Assembly (NCBI GenBank): GCA_963798485.1
Contig: CAWCTR010000014.1
Location: forward strand, 32,001-96,000
Length of the DNA: 64,000 nucleotides
From: an uncultured delta proteobacterium
Lineage (GTDB): Bacteria; Desulfobacterota; Desulfomonilia; UBA1062
Reading direction: 5' to 3'
In this document: piece after piece, positions 27,396 through 37,817 of the stretch
Position numbering within the stretch: position 1 is the stretch's first letter
Layout: each line of letters opens with the position of its first letter
The notes under the pieces: model-generated
Seen by the model: the letters and a program-made list of their open reading frames with translations, nothing else
Told to the model about the DNA's origin: nothing
The model's database searches: none
Program-made: the position numbers and the translations under genes

Positions 27396-27953
27396 TCAGA
27401 GTTCTTTACCCATCTGGAAGGCCTGGCCCACTACCTCACCAAGCTTGTGGTAGGTCTCTGAAGAGGTCGAATAGATCAGGGGGTCTACCAAGAGGGCATC
27501 AATCTTCTTCCCCTGCATGCAATCCTGCCGGATATATGCTTGAATGATTTCACCGATTATCAGGGTATGGCTTCCCAGATCAAGGGTATGGAGCAGCTTG
27601 CATTCAAGATTTACCGGGCAATCATCAATGAGCGGGATACGAGGGTCTTCCCCCTTGCTGATGGTAAAAATGCCGGATTTGTCCCTGTCCTTACCGGAAT
27701 AGATTCCGCAGTAATCAACTATTTTCGCCATCTTGCTCGACGGTACATTTACCGAGAAACAATGATTCGCCTCTATCCCCTTAAGGGTATGGCGGCCTTT
27801 ACGTATGGCGACCGATACCGTAGGAGGCTGGTTCGATGCTATGCCGCACCAAGCTACGGTCATGAAATTGGCCTTACCATCCACCTCCGCACCGATAAGC
27901 ACCGAGGGCATGGGGAAAAGGATCGTCCGCGGACCCTGCTTTTGCTTGTTCAT
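27396..27953 (-). CDS. Flavin reductase/flavoredoxin family protein
   Basis: PMPSVLIG, NFMTVAW, FSVNVP, DYCGIYSG, CPVNLEC, LGSHTLIIGEI. Confidence 0.9.
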   Translation of the reverse strand: MNKQKQGPRTILFPMPSVLIGAEVDGKANFMTVAWCGIASNQPPTVSVAIRKGRHTLKGIEANHCFSVNVPSSKMAKIVDYCGIYSGKDRDKSGIFTISKGEDPRIPLIDDCPVNLECKLLHTLDLGSHTLIIGEIIQAYIRQDCMQGKKIDALLVDPLIYSTSSETYHKLGEVVGQAFQMGKEL

Positions 27954-27969
27954 GTGTTGCCTCCTTTCT

Positions 27970-28452
27970 TTACGATTTATACAGCCATTCCAGGGCCTTT
28001 ATATAGACATGGTAGCTTGCCTGGATCATGGATATGATCTCTTCCTTCGTATAAAGACGGCCTTGTCCGATACCGGGGCATTGCAGCAATGCATCGTCCC
28101 AGGCGGAAACAGAGCGCATGTTCTGAAACCAGAAGGGGAAGGTCATGCACTGGATTGGCCTGACAGGATAAATGACGCAGCCGTTCTCATAGAAGATGCA
28201 CCTGCCTCCTTCCGCTTCACGTGCCGTGTAGCCGTCCTTGAAGGGGTCGATCATCCTTTCTGTGAGGACATCAATAGGTATCTCAAGATATGAGGCGATT
28301 CGCTCTGCCTCATCTGGATCTATGAATACTATGCCCGGCTCGCCGGTACAGCATATACCGCATTGGGTACACTGGAACCTGACCCCTTTGTCGAAAAAGT
28401 AACTCCTGTGCCGGAGTGAATCAATAAATCCATCCTTTTTCTTGCTCATCAT
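27970..28452 (-). CDS. YkgJ-family cysteine-cluster protein
   Basis: FQCTQCGICC, CIFY..GCVIYPVRPIQCMTFPFW, CPGIG. Confidence 0.88.
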   Translation of the reverse strand: MMSKKKDGFIDSLRHRSYFFDKGVRFQCTQCGICCTGEPGIVFIDPDEAERIASYLEIPIDVLTERMIDPFKDGYTAREAEGGRCIFYENGCVIYPVRPIQCMTFPFWFQNMRSVSAWDDALLQCPGIGQGRLYTKEEIISMIQASYHVYIKALEWLYKS

Positions 28453-28641
28453 GATGTCCTAATCTTAATCATATTGTGTCAACCTTTTCATACCACAACC
28501 CTATTATTAAGTCAGGATCATTGCATTGCCTGTTTGAAAAATATAGTGCACAGACGTTATAAAATACCAAAAAAATACTTGCCATTTCATGATAATTCCT
28601 ATACCAACCAATCAGGATATCCAGAAAGGAGAGGTGCTACA

Positions 28642-28815
28642 ATGGCTTACGTAATTACTGATGAATGCATCGCCTGTGGAACTTGCATCGATGAATGTCC
28701 TGTTGAAGCTATCAGTGAGGGTGATGACAAGTACTCCATTGATCCTGAATTATGCACCGATTGCGGTGCCTGTGCGGACGCCTGCCCCACAGATGCGATA
28801 GAACCCGGGGAATAA
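28642..28815 (+). CDS. 2x[4Fe-4S] ferredoxin
   Basis: MAYVITDECIACGTCIDECP...CTDCGACADACP; AGGAGAGG SD. Confidence 0.95.
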   Translation: MAYVITDECIACGTCIDECPVEAISEGDDKYSIDPELCTDCGACADACPTDAIEPGE

Positions 28816-28830
28816 GGATACTTACATCAC

Positions 28831-28860
28831 AAGGCCCGGAGGCTGCAACCTTCGGGCCTT
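28831..28860. terminator. Hairpin terminator after the ferredoxin gene
   Basis: aaggcccggagg-ctgcaa-ccttcgggcctt. Confidence 0.7.
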
Positions 28861-29004
28861 ACAATCTTCCTTTAATTTTTTCTTTATTATCGTTCAGATG
28901 CAGTCTTTTTTCTCTCTCACCCCGACCGAATAAGGTTCCATAGGTGCCATAAAAGCCTACTCATGAAACGCGCGGCTTGGGTTATCCGGAGAATATCGCT
29001 GCTA

Positions 29005-29295
29005 TCAGCCCTTGCTGGTGAGCTTGGCCCTCAGCACATTGGATAGGGAGAAGGTGACCACCTTTCTTGGAGAAATGGTAATCTCCTTAGCGGTCTTCGG
29101 GTTCCGGCCGCGACGTGCCGATTTTTCTCTGATCTTCCATTTACCGAATCCGGATATGCTTACCGGCTCCTTCTTTGAAAGATTCCCCTTGATGATATCG
29201 ATGAATGTCTCGATCCCATCACTGGCCTCTTTCCTGGACAGGCCTGTATTCAGAACGATCTCATCAATGATACCGCTCTTTGTGAGGGTTCCCAT
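29005..29295 (-). CDS. ihfA: Integration host factor alpha-like protein
   Basis: LTKSGI, VSISGFGKW, RRGRNPKT, ISPRKVVTF. Confidence 0.8.
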   Translation of the reverse strand: MGTLTKSGIIDEIVLNTGLSRKEASDGIETFIDIIKGNLSKKEPVSISGFGKWKIREKSARRGRNPKTAKEITISPRKVVTFSLSNVLRAKLTSKG

Positions 29296-29399
29296 TTGGC
29301 ACTTACCTCCTTTGTGGTCGAGAGATATCTATAACTACATAAAATTATTAATGCAGATACATGCCCATGTCAATGAAGAAAAAGACGGATTTATTCTGA

Positions 29400-30755
29400 T
29401 CAGGACAGGATCTTTAACGCTGCCTTCACATGATCTGCGGCAATGATCTTCATGGCCCTCTGTTCTGAAAGGGTATCCCTGTTGGCATCGGGAATGACAG
29501 CCTGGGTGAAGCCCATTTTCATTGCCTCACGAATGCGCGACTCCATATGGTTCACCGGCCTGAGCTCGCCGGACAGGCCGATCTCCCCGATGAATACCGT
29601 CCCTTTGGGAACAGGCTTATCAAATGCACTTGAGGCAACAGCCATGACAAGGGCAAGGTCGACTGCAGGCTCGGTGACCTTGAACCCGCCAGCAATGTTC
29701 ACCACAATGTCGGACTGGGCCAGAAAAATGCCTGCCCTTTTTTCAAGGACTGCAAGGAGGACTGCCAGGCGGGATTGGTCCGAGCCCATGGCTATCCTCC
29801 GGGGCATACTGAATGTCGTCCTGCTCACCAGGGCCTGGACCTCCACCACAAAGGCCCTGCTGCCCTCGATGGTTGCCATGACCGCGCTGCCGGGAACCTC
29901 TCCACCGAGACCATGGATAAAGATGGAGGAAGGGTCTTTCACCTCGGAAAGCCCGCCGGCCTTCATCTCGAACACCCCGATCTCGCCGCTTGTTCCGAAG
30001 CGGTTCTTTACGGTGCGCACGATACGGTATGCACCGGTATCGTCGCCCTCAAAGGTCAGCACGGTGTCCACCATGTGTTCCAGCATCTTGGGCCCGGCTA
30101 TCCAGCCATCCTTTGTCACATGGCCTACTATGAAGACACTCACCCCTTTGCCCTTGGCTATCTCCATAAGTATCCCGGCACAGTGCCTTATCTGGGATAC
30201 ACCGCCTGGAGGGGCCTCTATGGAGGATGAAAAGATCGACTGGATGGAATCGATGATGACAATATCAAAATTCATGCCCTCTATCTCATCCCTGATCCTC
30301 TCCAGGACTACCTCCGGGTATACCATGATCCCATCAGAATCAATGCCGAGCCTAAGGGCACGGATCTTCAGCTGCGGGGCCGACTCCTCACCGCTTACAT
30401 AAAGAACCCTCATGCCGTTTGCGGCAAGCCGGTGAGCCATTTGGAGCATGAGCGTGGATTTGCCGATGCCCGGATCACCACCGATAAGCACAAATGATCC
30501 GTCAACAACCCCTCCGCCGAGCACCCGGTCGAGTTCGCCGATCCCGCATGCCTTTCTGCAGGTTTCATGGGACGCAATATCTTTAAGATTGATGGGTCTT
30601 GCCTGGCCGGGACTGCGGAGACTGATGTTCTTTTCTTCCTCGATAAAGTCTTCTTCGAGGGTGTTCCAGAGGCCACACTGGTTGCATCTTCCCATAAACT
30701 GCGGGTGCGTGAATCCGCACGATGAGCAGCGAAAGATCTTTTTAGGCTTGGCCAT
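29400..30755 (-). CDS. radA: DNA repair protein RadA/Sms
   Basis: C4 zinc finger, GDPGIGKST, KNRFG motif, Lon-like C-terminal domain. Confidence 0.96.
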   Translation of the reverse strand: MAKPKKIFRCSSCGFTHPQFMGRCNQCGLWNTLEEDFIEEEKNISLRSPGQARPINLKDIASHETCRKACGIGELDRVLGGGVVDGSFVLIGGDPGIGKSTLMLQMAHRLAANGMRVLYVSGEESAPQLKIRALRLGIDSDGIMVYPEVVLERIRDEIEGMNFDIVIIDSIQSIFSSSIEAPPGGVSQIRHCAGILMEIAKGKGVSVFIVGHVTKDGWIAGPKMLEHMVDTVLTFEGDDTGAYRIVRTVKNRFGTSGEIGVFEMKAGGLSEVKDPSSIFIHGLGGEVPGSAVMATIEGSRAFVVEVQALVSRTTFSMPRRIAMGSDQSRLAVLLAVLEKRAGIFLAQSDIVVNIAGGFKVTEPAVDLALVMAVASSAFDKPVPKGTVFIGEIGLSGELRPVNHMESRIREAMKMGFTQAVIPDANRDTLSEQRAMKIIAADHVKAALKILS

Positions 30756-32452
30756 TACTGCTGGGTGACCCGCAGGACCTCTTCAATGGTGGTGACCCCG
30801 TCCTCAACCTTTCGTGCACCGTCTTCCCGCAGCGTATGGAGCCCCTCGGCCACGCCCTGTTTCTTGATGATATTGGAATCAGAGGTCTTCAGAATAGTGG
30901 TCTTGATAGCATCACTAATCATAAGGATTTCATAGATACCGGTCCTGCCTTTGTAACCTGTACCGAGACATTCCTTGCATCCGGTGCCCCGCCAGAGAAA
31001 CCCTTCCCTTCCGAGCATCTCCTGGGACAGGCCGATCTCCAAGAGGGTCTCGCTTTCCGGGAAGTACTGCTGTTTGCAGATAGGGCAGATCTTTCGGGCC
31101 AGCCTCTGGGCCACAATGGCATTGACGGACGAGGTGACGAGGAATGGCTCAATGCCCATGTCTATAAGCCTTGTTATGGCGCTGGCCGAATCATTCGTAT
31201 GCAGGGTTGAAAAGACAAGGTGACCGGTGAGTGCGGCCTGGATGGCGATCTCGGCAGTCTCCAGATCGCGGATTTCCCCCACGAGGATAACATCAGGGTC
31301 CTGTCGAACTATGGAGCGAAGCCCCGAGGCAAAGGTAAGGCCGACCTTTGCGTTTACCGGTATCTGGCCGATACCCTTGAGCTGGTACTCGATAGGGTCT
31401 TCTATGGTGAGGATATTCTTGTCTGGGGAGTTGATCTTGTTGAGCATGGAATATAATGACGTCGTCTTGCCGGAACCTGTCGGCCCGGTCACCAGGATGA
31501 TGCCGTGCTCCTGTTTGATGAGGTGCTCTATGATGGCAAGGTCATCCGGATAATATCCAAGCTCTTCCAGGCCTAACAGGACTGAAGACTTATCAAGTAT
31601 CCTCATGACGACCCGCTCGCCGTTAACGGTGGGCACCGTAGAGATCCTCAGGTCTACCGAGTGGTCGCCGAGCTTGATGCCGATCCTACCGTCCTGGGGG
31701 AGGCGCTTCTCTGCGATGTTCAGGGTCGCCATAACCTTGATGCGTGATACCACTGCCGGATGGAGCCTTTTGGGGAGGCTCAGAACGTCGTGCAGGATGC
31801 CGTCCACCCTGAAACGGATCTTCATGTCATTGGGATAAGCCTCGACATGAATATCGGATGCGCGTTCCCGAAACGCCTGTACCATAACCCGGTTCACCAG
31901 GCGGATGATGGGCGCCTCGGTTTCCATGGCCGTGATGTCCTGGATGCTTTCGAGGTCCTTGAGAATCTCGTCTTCTTCCTCCTCGATATCATCCATGATG
32001 TCCTTGGCGCTGTCATCCTTCATCTCGATCAGCCGGTTGATGGCGCTTAAGATTTCCTGTTTCGGTGCGAGGATACGCTTGATGTCCTTGAGGTGCATGA
32101 TACGCGAGATGTCGAAAAACGCCTCTTGCTCACCAGGGTCATGTACGGCCACTACCATGGTATCTTGCAGCATTTTTACCGGTACCATGACATACTTTCT
32201 GAGATAGTTCACCGGCAGTTTGTCAAGCACGGCAGGATCCACCTCCAACGCGCTGATGGTCTGGACTGAAGGGATGTCCCACTGTCTTGAAAGCGCACTG
32301 ACCATGTCATGGTCGTTTACCGCGCCGGTAATCACCAGGGCGTCCTTCAGCGGAATGCCTCGTTCACTCTGCACGGATCTGGCCTTTTCGAGGGAGGCCA
32401 CATCAAGTAGCTGCATTTCGAACAGCACGTTCTCAAGGCTTGTTCTTATCAT
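30755..32452 (-). CDS. gspE: Type II secretion ATPase GspE
   Basis: [43 protein letters not shown], tetracysteine motif. Confidence 0.93.
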   Translation of the reverse strand: MIRTSLENVLFEMQLLDVASLEKARSVQSERGIPLKDALVITGAVNDHDMVSALSRQWDIPSVQTISALEVDPAVLDKLPVNYLRKYVMVPVKMLQDTMVVAVHDPGEQEAFFDISRIMHLKDIKRILAPKQEILSAINRLIEMKDDSAKDIMDDIEEEEDEILKDLESIQDITAMETEAPIIRLVNRVMVQAFRERASDIHVEAYPNDMKIRFRVDGILHDVLSLPKRLHPAVVSRIKVMATLNIAEKRLPQDGRIGIKLGDHSVDLRISTVPTVNGERVVMRILDKSSVLLGLEELGYYPDDLAIIEHLIKQEHGIILVTGPTGSGKTTSLYSMLNKINSPDKNILTIEDPIEYQLKGIGQIPVNAKVGLTFASGLRSIVRQDPDVILVGEIRDLETAEIAIQAALTGHLVFSTLHTNDSASAITRLIDMGIEPFLVTSSVNAIVAQRLARKICPICKQQYFPESETLLEIGLSQEMLGREGFLWRGTGCKECLGTGYKGRTGIYEILMISDAIKTTILKTSDSNIIKKQGVAEGLHTLREDGARKVEDGVTTIEEVLRVTQQ

Positions 32453-34652
32453 CCGACTTTCCCTTTTTCGAGGTGTCCAACGTTTCCTTTATCATCTCAG
32501 CTTCACGGTCCTTCTCACGGTAGAGAACCTGCGCCTTATCATTCGTATCGATGATGTAGGGTGTGAGGAAGATATAGAGATTGGTCTTCTGCCTTGTCCT
32601 GCTAATCGTTTTAAACAGATAGCCCAGGATCGGTATGTCCCCGAGGAACGGCACCCGGTTATTGCCCAGCGAGAGGGTATCACCTATGAGGCCGCCGATG
32701 ACCATAGTGGAACCATCGTGCACGTTCACCACCGTGCTGGCGGACCGTTTCAGGGTTGTCGGGGCGTACAGCTGAGATCCGGTGCCTTGCACAAGGGTGG
32801 AAGTTTCCGTGTAGAGCTTCATGCGTATATCGCCCTGTTGGTTGATCTGGGGGGTGAGCTTCAGGGTAACCCCCACATCGCGGTAATCGAAGGTCTGTAC
32901 CGTATTGTTTAGGTTGGTCGTGTCCGTAGTCTGATTCGTAAGGTAAGGGACATTCGAACCTACCTTGATCTCCGCCTCCTGGTTGTCCATGGTGAGGATC
33001 TGGGGTGTGGAAATAACGTTCACATCCGTGTCATTGGCCATAGCATTGATAAAGGAGGACATATTGGGGAAGGTGAGCGAAGTGCTTCCTTGTTTAATGG
33101 TGATGGCCTCACCTATAACACCCAGAAGCGGACCGGTAGGGAGATCGCTTGGGCTGGTGATAAAGCTGCTTCCGGTTCTCCCGATAACCGCCCCTGTCTT
33201 GTTTTGTTGATCATAATTAAACTCACTTGCCAAGGTCGACTGCACCCCAAAATTAAAGTCATGTTCGGTGTTCACCTCCATGATAAGGGCCTTGACATAG
33301 ACCTGCTTTCGCTGGATGTCGAGATACTTGATGGTCTCTAACAGGCTCTTATAGGCATAGGGGTCTGCATAGATTATGAGTGAATTCGTCTCCTTGTCCG
33401 GACTGATCTTGATGTTCTGCTCCTTCAGGGCAGGATTCTGGGTTGTCTTTGGTGCTGCCGGTTGTTGTGGTTGTGGCACCCCTTTCTGGCCTGCTGATGG
33501 TGTCACCGGCGCCTCAGGGTTCGCGGGTGTTGGTATTTCGGTTAAGACCTTGGCCATGTCTTCTGCATTGGCATACTGGAGATAGACTACGTGAATATCC
33601 TCTTTTCCTGACGGGGTAGGTATATCGAGTTTCTTGATAAGCTCTTCGATGCCGCTGACATCAGGGGGTGCCGCCAGCACGATGAGTGAATTGGTCCTCT
33701 CATAGGGAATTATCTTTGTTGCGATTTTTGCCCCGGTCGCATCCGGCTGGCGCATGGTCCTCAACCGCTGCGCCTCATCCTGCTTTCCCTCGGAGAGGAT
33801 GTCATTGAGCTTGGATGCAAGGTCTGCCGCCGAGGCATAGGTGAGCGGGTATATTTTCACTTCCTGGGCAAACCCGGCCACATCAACCACCTTGAGTATA
33901 TCCATGAGTTTCTTGATGTTCGACTTGTTGTCGGTGACGATCAGGACATTGCTCTGGGGGTATGACAGAAGCTGGGATGAGGCCTTGGACATGAGCGGTG
34001 AGAGCAGGTTTTTAATGTCATTGGCGTCTACATACTTGAGCTGGATGATCTGGGTGACCATGGTGTCGTCTTTCTGCTGTGGAGGTTCCATGGTGGTTTC
34101 CAGGCTCTTGGTTATGGCATCTGCGGACCTGACAATCTTTGTTACCCCGCCCATATCGACCGTGCCGAAACCGTTTACCTCCAGCACACTCAAGAATACC
34201 CGGTATGCTTCGTCCAATGACATTTTCCTCGGAGAGATAACCGTAATCTTGCCGGTAACCTTGTCGTCGATGATAAAGTTCTTGCCGGTAATGTCAGCGA
34301 TGAACTTGATAAAAACCTTGATATCCACCCCGTCAAAGTCCATGGTTATGAACTGTCCGCCCGAGCCTGCCGCGTTTCTTGTGATCGGCTGTCTTGTATT
34401 GGCGGCCGTCGTGGTTGCCGAAGAATCACTCTGGGGGGTAAGGGCCTCTTGAGAGGTGCTGTTGTTTGTTCCAACCTTGGATTTCTTTATGACCGGCTGC
34501 TTTACCGTGCTTGCAGCCTTGGGCTTCTCAGGCGTGGTCTGCTGTGGTACAGGCGCAGGCGCATCATCCTCGATAAGCCTGGCAGCCCATACACCGGAGA
34601 CGCACACAACCAAGATCAGAACAGCAACAGATATGACCCTGTGTATATCCAT
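32433..34652 (-). CDS. gspD: Type II secretion secretin GspD
   Basis: DFDGVDI N0 domain, N repeats, QVYVKALIMEV, VPFLGDIPILGYLF. Confidence 0.94.
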   Translation of the reverse strand: MDIHRVISVAVLILVVCVSGVWAARLIEDDAPAPVPQQTTPEKPKAASTVKQPVIKKSKVGTNNSTSQEALTPQSDSSATTTAANTRQPITRNAAGSGGQFITMDFDGVDIKVFIKFIADITGKNFIIDDKVTGKITVISPRKMSLDEAYRVFLSVLEVNGFGTVDMGGVTKIVRSADAITKSLETTMEPPQQKDDTMVTQIIQLKYVDANDIKNLLSPLMSKASSQLLSYPQSNVLIVTDNKSNIKKLMDILKVVDVAGFAQEVKIYPLTYASAADLASKLNDILSEGKQDEAQRLRTMRQPDATGAKIATKIIPYERTNSLIVLAAPPDVSGIEELIKKLDIPTPSGKEDIHVVYLQYANAEDMAKVLTEIPTPANPEAPVTPSAGQKGVPQPQQPAAPKTTQNPALKEQNIKISPDKETNSLIIYADPYAYKSLLETIKYLDIQRKQVYVKALIMEVNTEHDFNFGVQSTLASEFNYDQQNKTGAVIGRTGSSFITSPSDLPTGPLLGVIGEAITIKQGSTSLTFPNMSSFINAMANDTDVNVISTPQILTMDNQEAEIKVGSNVPYLTNQTTDTTNLNNTVQTFDYRDVGVTLKLTPQINQQGDIRMKLYTETSTLVQGTGSQLYAPTTLKRSASTVVNVHDGSTMVIGGLIGDTLSLGNNRVPFLGDIPILGYLFKTISRTRQKTNLYIFLTPYIIDTNDKAQVLYREKDREAEMIKETLDTSKKGKSDDKNKP

Positions 34653-34668
34653 GTTCCCCCCTTATTCA

Positions 34669-35388
34669 TCACTGCGCGCGAATAATGTCTTCAAATTCCC
34701 TACTGCCTTTGAGCGAAGCCAGGTCGGGATCACGCCGCGCCCATAGCCTCGCCTCAGGCTGCATGCTGCATGCCTGTCGTAAAGATGAAAGCGCTGCATC
34801 ATTCTTTTTCAGTCTCGCATAGGCGCAGGCCATGTTGTAAAAGGGTTCCACATAGTCTGCCGAATATCTTCGCGCCTGGATGAAAAATGTCAACGCCTTT
34901 GCAGGATCTCCTTTAGCTAATAGCACACTCCCCATATTATTCAATAACCGGGCATCATTCGGTTTAAGCTTCCTCACGGTTGTATAGGTTTCAAATGCCT
35001 TATCATAGAACTTGATCTCATAGTAGAGGCTGCCGAGTCTCAGGTATGCCTCGGCAAATGCGGGATTCCTGGAGATGACCTGAGAATACGCATGAATGGC
35101 GTCCGTCATCTGTCCCTTGGAGCGCAGCCTGTCGGCTTTATTCATGAGGTCGAGAATCCGACCCGTATCCTCCTGTACCGGTTGTTCCACTTCATGGCCG
35201 ACAGTACGGGCCTTACCGATAATCCCGATGCCGTAGAGTAATGCCGTGGTAAGTGCCGAACCCAAAAGAATAGCTGCAATGATAATCCAGTAGATCCTGT
35301 GTGACCGGCCCCCCTCACTCACAATCGCACTGGACGCAACGTGCCTGTTCATCTGGGTCCTCTTGAGGGCCTCGTAAATGGAGCTCAT
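34669..35388 (-). CDS. Membrane-anchored TPR protein (ExeB/GspB-position partner)
   Basis: MSSIYEALKR N-terminus, one TM segment, TPRs, directly after exeA. Confidence 0.75.
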   Translation of the reverse strand: MSSIYEALKRTQMNRHVASSAIVSEGGRSHRIYWIIIAAILLGSALTTALLYGIGIIGKARTVGHEVEQPVQEDTGRILDLMNKADRLRSKGQMTDAIHAYSQVISRNPAFAEAYLRLGSLYYEIKFYDKAFETYTTVRKLKPNDARLLNNMGSVLLAKGDPAKALTFFIQARRYSADYVEPFYNMACAYARLKKNDAALSSLRQACSMQPEARLWARRDPDLASLKGSREFEDIIRAQ

Positions 35389-36941
35389 CTGCCACCTTCT
35401 GCGATATTACGTAAAAGCACCAAGGTCTCTGGGCCCGTGATGCCATCCCTCTTGAGACCGAAGACCTCCTGAAATTTTTCCACCCCGTGTACCGTCTCAA
35501 CCCCGTATACCCCGTCAGGCATAATGGCAAGCATACCGAGGCGGAACAGGACTTTCTGTATTTTCTCCACCTCATCACCGGCCGTGTTTATGCTGTATAT
35601 GGTCTCATGAAGGGGTTTCGCATAGGGGACCATGACATTCCACCGGTAAAGGTTCTTGAATTCATCTAGGGGGATCTCAATAACAGCCCTGTTTTTTCCA
35701 ACCACCCGGACAAATGACGCCTCCGTCTTAAGCATGACGAGATAACCGCCGTCCATGGAAACAATTGCCGATGATGGAAGGTACTTGAGGTAATCCGGCT
35801 GGGGATGAAGGTTCAGGGCATCGGGCCCGGCAAGCCCGTCGGGCAGCTGGCTTAAGATATCCAAGGCGACGTTATAGTCCGACATTATCCAGTCCTTTGA
35901 ATCATGCCTTGGCGGCACATGCCCCTTTGCAGGCACATCGGAGGGGGCCTGCGGTGTTACGGATGCCTCCTGAACCGATGCCGCTGTTTTCTGGTCTTTT
36001 ACACTCACCTTAGCTCCCGGCATTTCAAAGCGGTGTGGAAAAACTCCAGGCCAGACAATGACGGCCATCAATACCGCCAGGGCACTGAGCACGGGCACTA
36101 TTAACTTATGTATGATCTTGGGTCGGGAGTAGTTTCCTCGGAGTTCCCGGATGGCGCCGAGCACAATGCGTGAGGTAATCCTTTTTGTGGCCTTTAAATA
36201 ACCAATGAGCAACGAGCGCTCTGCAACCGCATTGATCCTTCTTGGTATACCACGGGAATGACGATAGATGAGTCTGAGTGCCAAGGCAGTAAAGGTAATA
36301 TCACCACGGGCCCCCGATATGATAAGCCTGTGATTGATGTAGCTTTTTGTGTCCCTTAGGCTCAAAGGCCAAATATGGTATCTCAGTACTATCCTGTCAT
36401 CGAGCTGCTTCATGTTAGGTGAGGCCAGGACCTTTACAAGCTCGGGTTGCCCAACCAGGACGATCTGGAGGAGTTTTTCCTTTTCGGTCTCCAGGTTCGA
36501 CAGCATACGGATCTGCTCGAGGACATCCATTGAGAGATTCTGGCACTCATCGATGATGAGCACGGCATTCTCTCCTGCAACGAATACGTTGATGAGGAAG
36601 TCGTAGAGCTCATCAAGCAAGGCCTTTTTCGAGCTGGACAAAGCATTTAAACCGAAATCCTGGTTGATTGTCTGAAGAAGCTCTATGTCCGACAGCGCAG
36701 GGTTCAATACGAGTGCCGTACGCACCGTCTTGGGAAGGATTCCGAGCAAGGCCCTGCAGATGGTTGTTTTGCCTGCGCCCACTTCGCCGGTTATCATGAT
36801 GAAGCCTTTGCGCTGATCTATCCCATAGCGCAGATATGACAGCGCTTCCTCGTGCGCCTTGGACAAAAAGAGGAACTTCGGATCCGGGGTGACATTGAAA
36901 GGGTTCTCTGATAACCCGAAGTACTGCTCAAACATGCTCAT
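35385..36941 (-). CDS. exeA: ExeA/GspA AAA ATPase with peptidoglycan-binding domain
   Basis: YFGLSENPF..PDP, GEVGAGKTT, IIDECQ, LVGQPEL, C-terminal DGVYG..FQ..DGITGPET. Confidence 0.88.
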   Translation of the reverse strand: MSMFEQYFGLSENPFNVTPDPKFLFLSKAHEEALSYLRYGIDQRKGFIMITGEVGAGKTTICRALLGILPKTVRTALVLNPALSDIELLQTINQDFGLNALSSSKKALLDELYDFLINVFVAGENAVLIIDECQNLSMDVLEQIRMLSNLETEKEKLLQIVLVGQPELVKVLASPNMKQLDDRIVLRYHIWPLSLRDTKSYINHRLIISGARGDITFTALALRLIYRHSRGIPRRINAVAERSLLIGYLKATKRITSRIVLGAIRELRGNYSRPKIIHKLIVPVLSALAVLMAVIVWPGVFPHRFEMPGAKVSVKDQKTAASVQEASVTPQAPSDVPAKGHVPPRHDSKDWIMSDYNVALDILSQLPDGLAGPDALNLHPQPDYLKYLPSSAIVSMDGGYLVMLKTEASFVRVVGKNRAVIEIPLDEFKNLYRWNVMVPYAKPLHETIYSINTAGDEVEKIQKVLFRLGMLAIMPDGVYGVETVHGVEKFQEVFGLKRDGITGPETLVLLRNIAEGGR

Positions 36942-36958
36942 CCGTCCCAGTCATAACG

Positions 36959-37810
36959 TCACTTCAGCGGCACACTCACCGTGGTGGTTGTTCCTTGCCG
37001 CTCGATCTCCACTTGCACATTTGTATTGCTCTGGAGTTCCTGGTAGGCATTCAGGGCATCCTGCGGGGTGCGGATAGGCACGCCGTTTATTGACTTGATT
37101 ATATCGCCGGTGCGCACACCGAGCTCATAAACCTTCGCTCCTTCAGCAACGTCGCTCACCCTGAATCCATAGGGCTGACCTCCACGATAGTATGGGACTA
37201 CCCGGGCGCTCCCTAATAACTGGTCCATGTTTTTCATGGCATCCGGCACACCGCCGGCGCCTGCAACAGAGTTTCCAACTGGGAATCTCGGATTTCTGCC
37301 CGTCCTGGCGGTCCTTGAAGCAAGCCCTGGTCCGGATTTAGTTTCTTCAATCACAAGCATTTTCTGCTGGCCGTTCACATCCATGATCACCTTGTTTCTG
37401 AATATTGCTATGAGAGTTGCCCCCTTAAGGGTATCGCCGATACGGTAGAGTTTTTGAGCGTTCGACTCCTCAATGATGGCCCTGGCAATTTCGCTGGGGC
37501 CTGTTATGGTGCCTTTAAGAAAAATCCCCATTTCAGCAAGCGGCCTTTCCGCATCGCCGGCAATGGGCTGATCCTGGCCTGTGGGCCGCGCCTTGGCAAC
37601 CTTGAGGAGGTCACGGTTGAGGATAACCTCGTAAGTGCCCTTGGTCTTCAGTGGTTTGTTTAGGCTTAAGCCGGCCGCCGGGGCAACCTTCTGGGGCCTA
37701 GGTGGGTTATAGAGTGCATGGCCTAATATCGTGGTTATGATCCCTGCAAGCACCCATATGAACAAGGTGATCATCACCATTGTTGCAATCAGCTTATAGC
37801 GTCTGTCCAT
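36959..37810 (-). CDS. gspC: Type II secretion protein GspC (PDZ)
   Basis: N-terminal TM, HR domain LKGTITG..AII, PDZ GVRTGDIIKSING. Confidence 0.85.
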   Translation of the reverse strand: MDRRYKLIATMVMITLFIWVLAGIITTILGHALYNPPRPQKVAPAAGLSLNKPLKTKGTYEVILNRDLLKVAKARPTGQDQPIAGDAERPLAEMGIFLKGTITGPSEIARAIIEESNAQKLYRIGDTLKGATLIAIFRNKVIMDVNGQQKMLVIEETKSGPGLASRTARTGRNPRFPVGNSVAGAGGVPDAMKNMDQLLGSARVVPYYRGGQPYGFRVSDVAEGAKVYELGVRTGDIIKSINGVPIRTPQDALNAYQELQSNTNVQVEIERQGTTTTVSVPLK

Positions 37811-37817
37811 CTATAGT

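Noticed and set aside
28474-28641. Extended ferredoxin start
   Set aside because: The SD and family N-terminus indicate ATG 28642.
29443-30402. 319-aa ORF antisense to radA (likewise 51143-52192, 46145-46990, 53976-54797, 10257-11024)
   Set aside because: Shadow ORFs opposite well-conserved genes, expected from codon bias.
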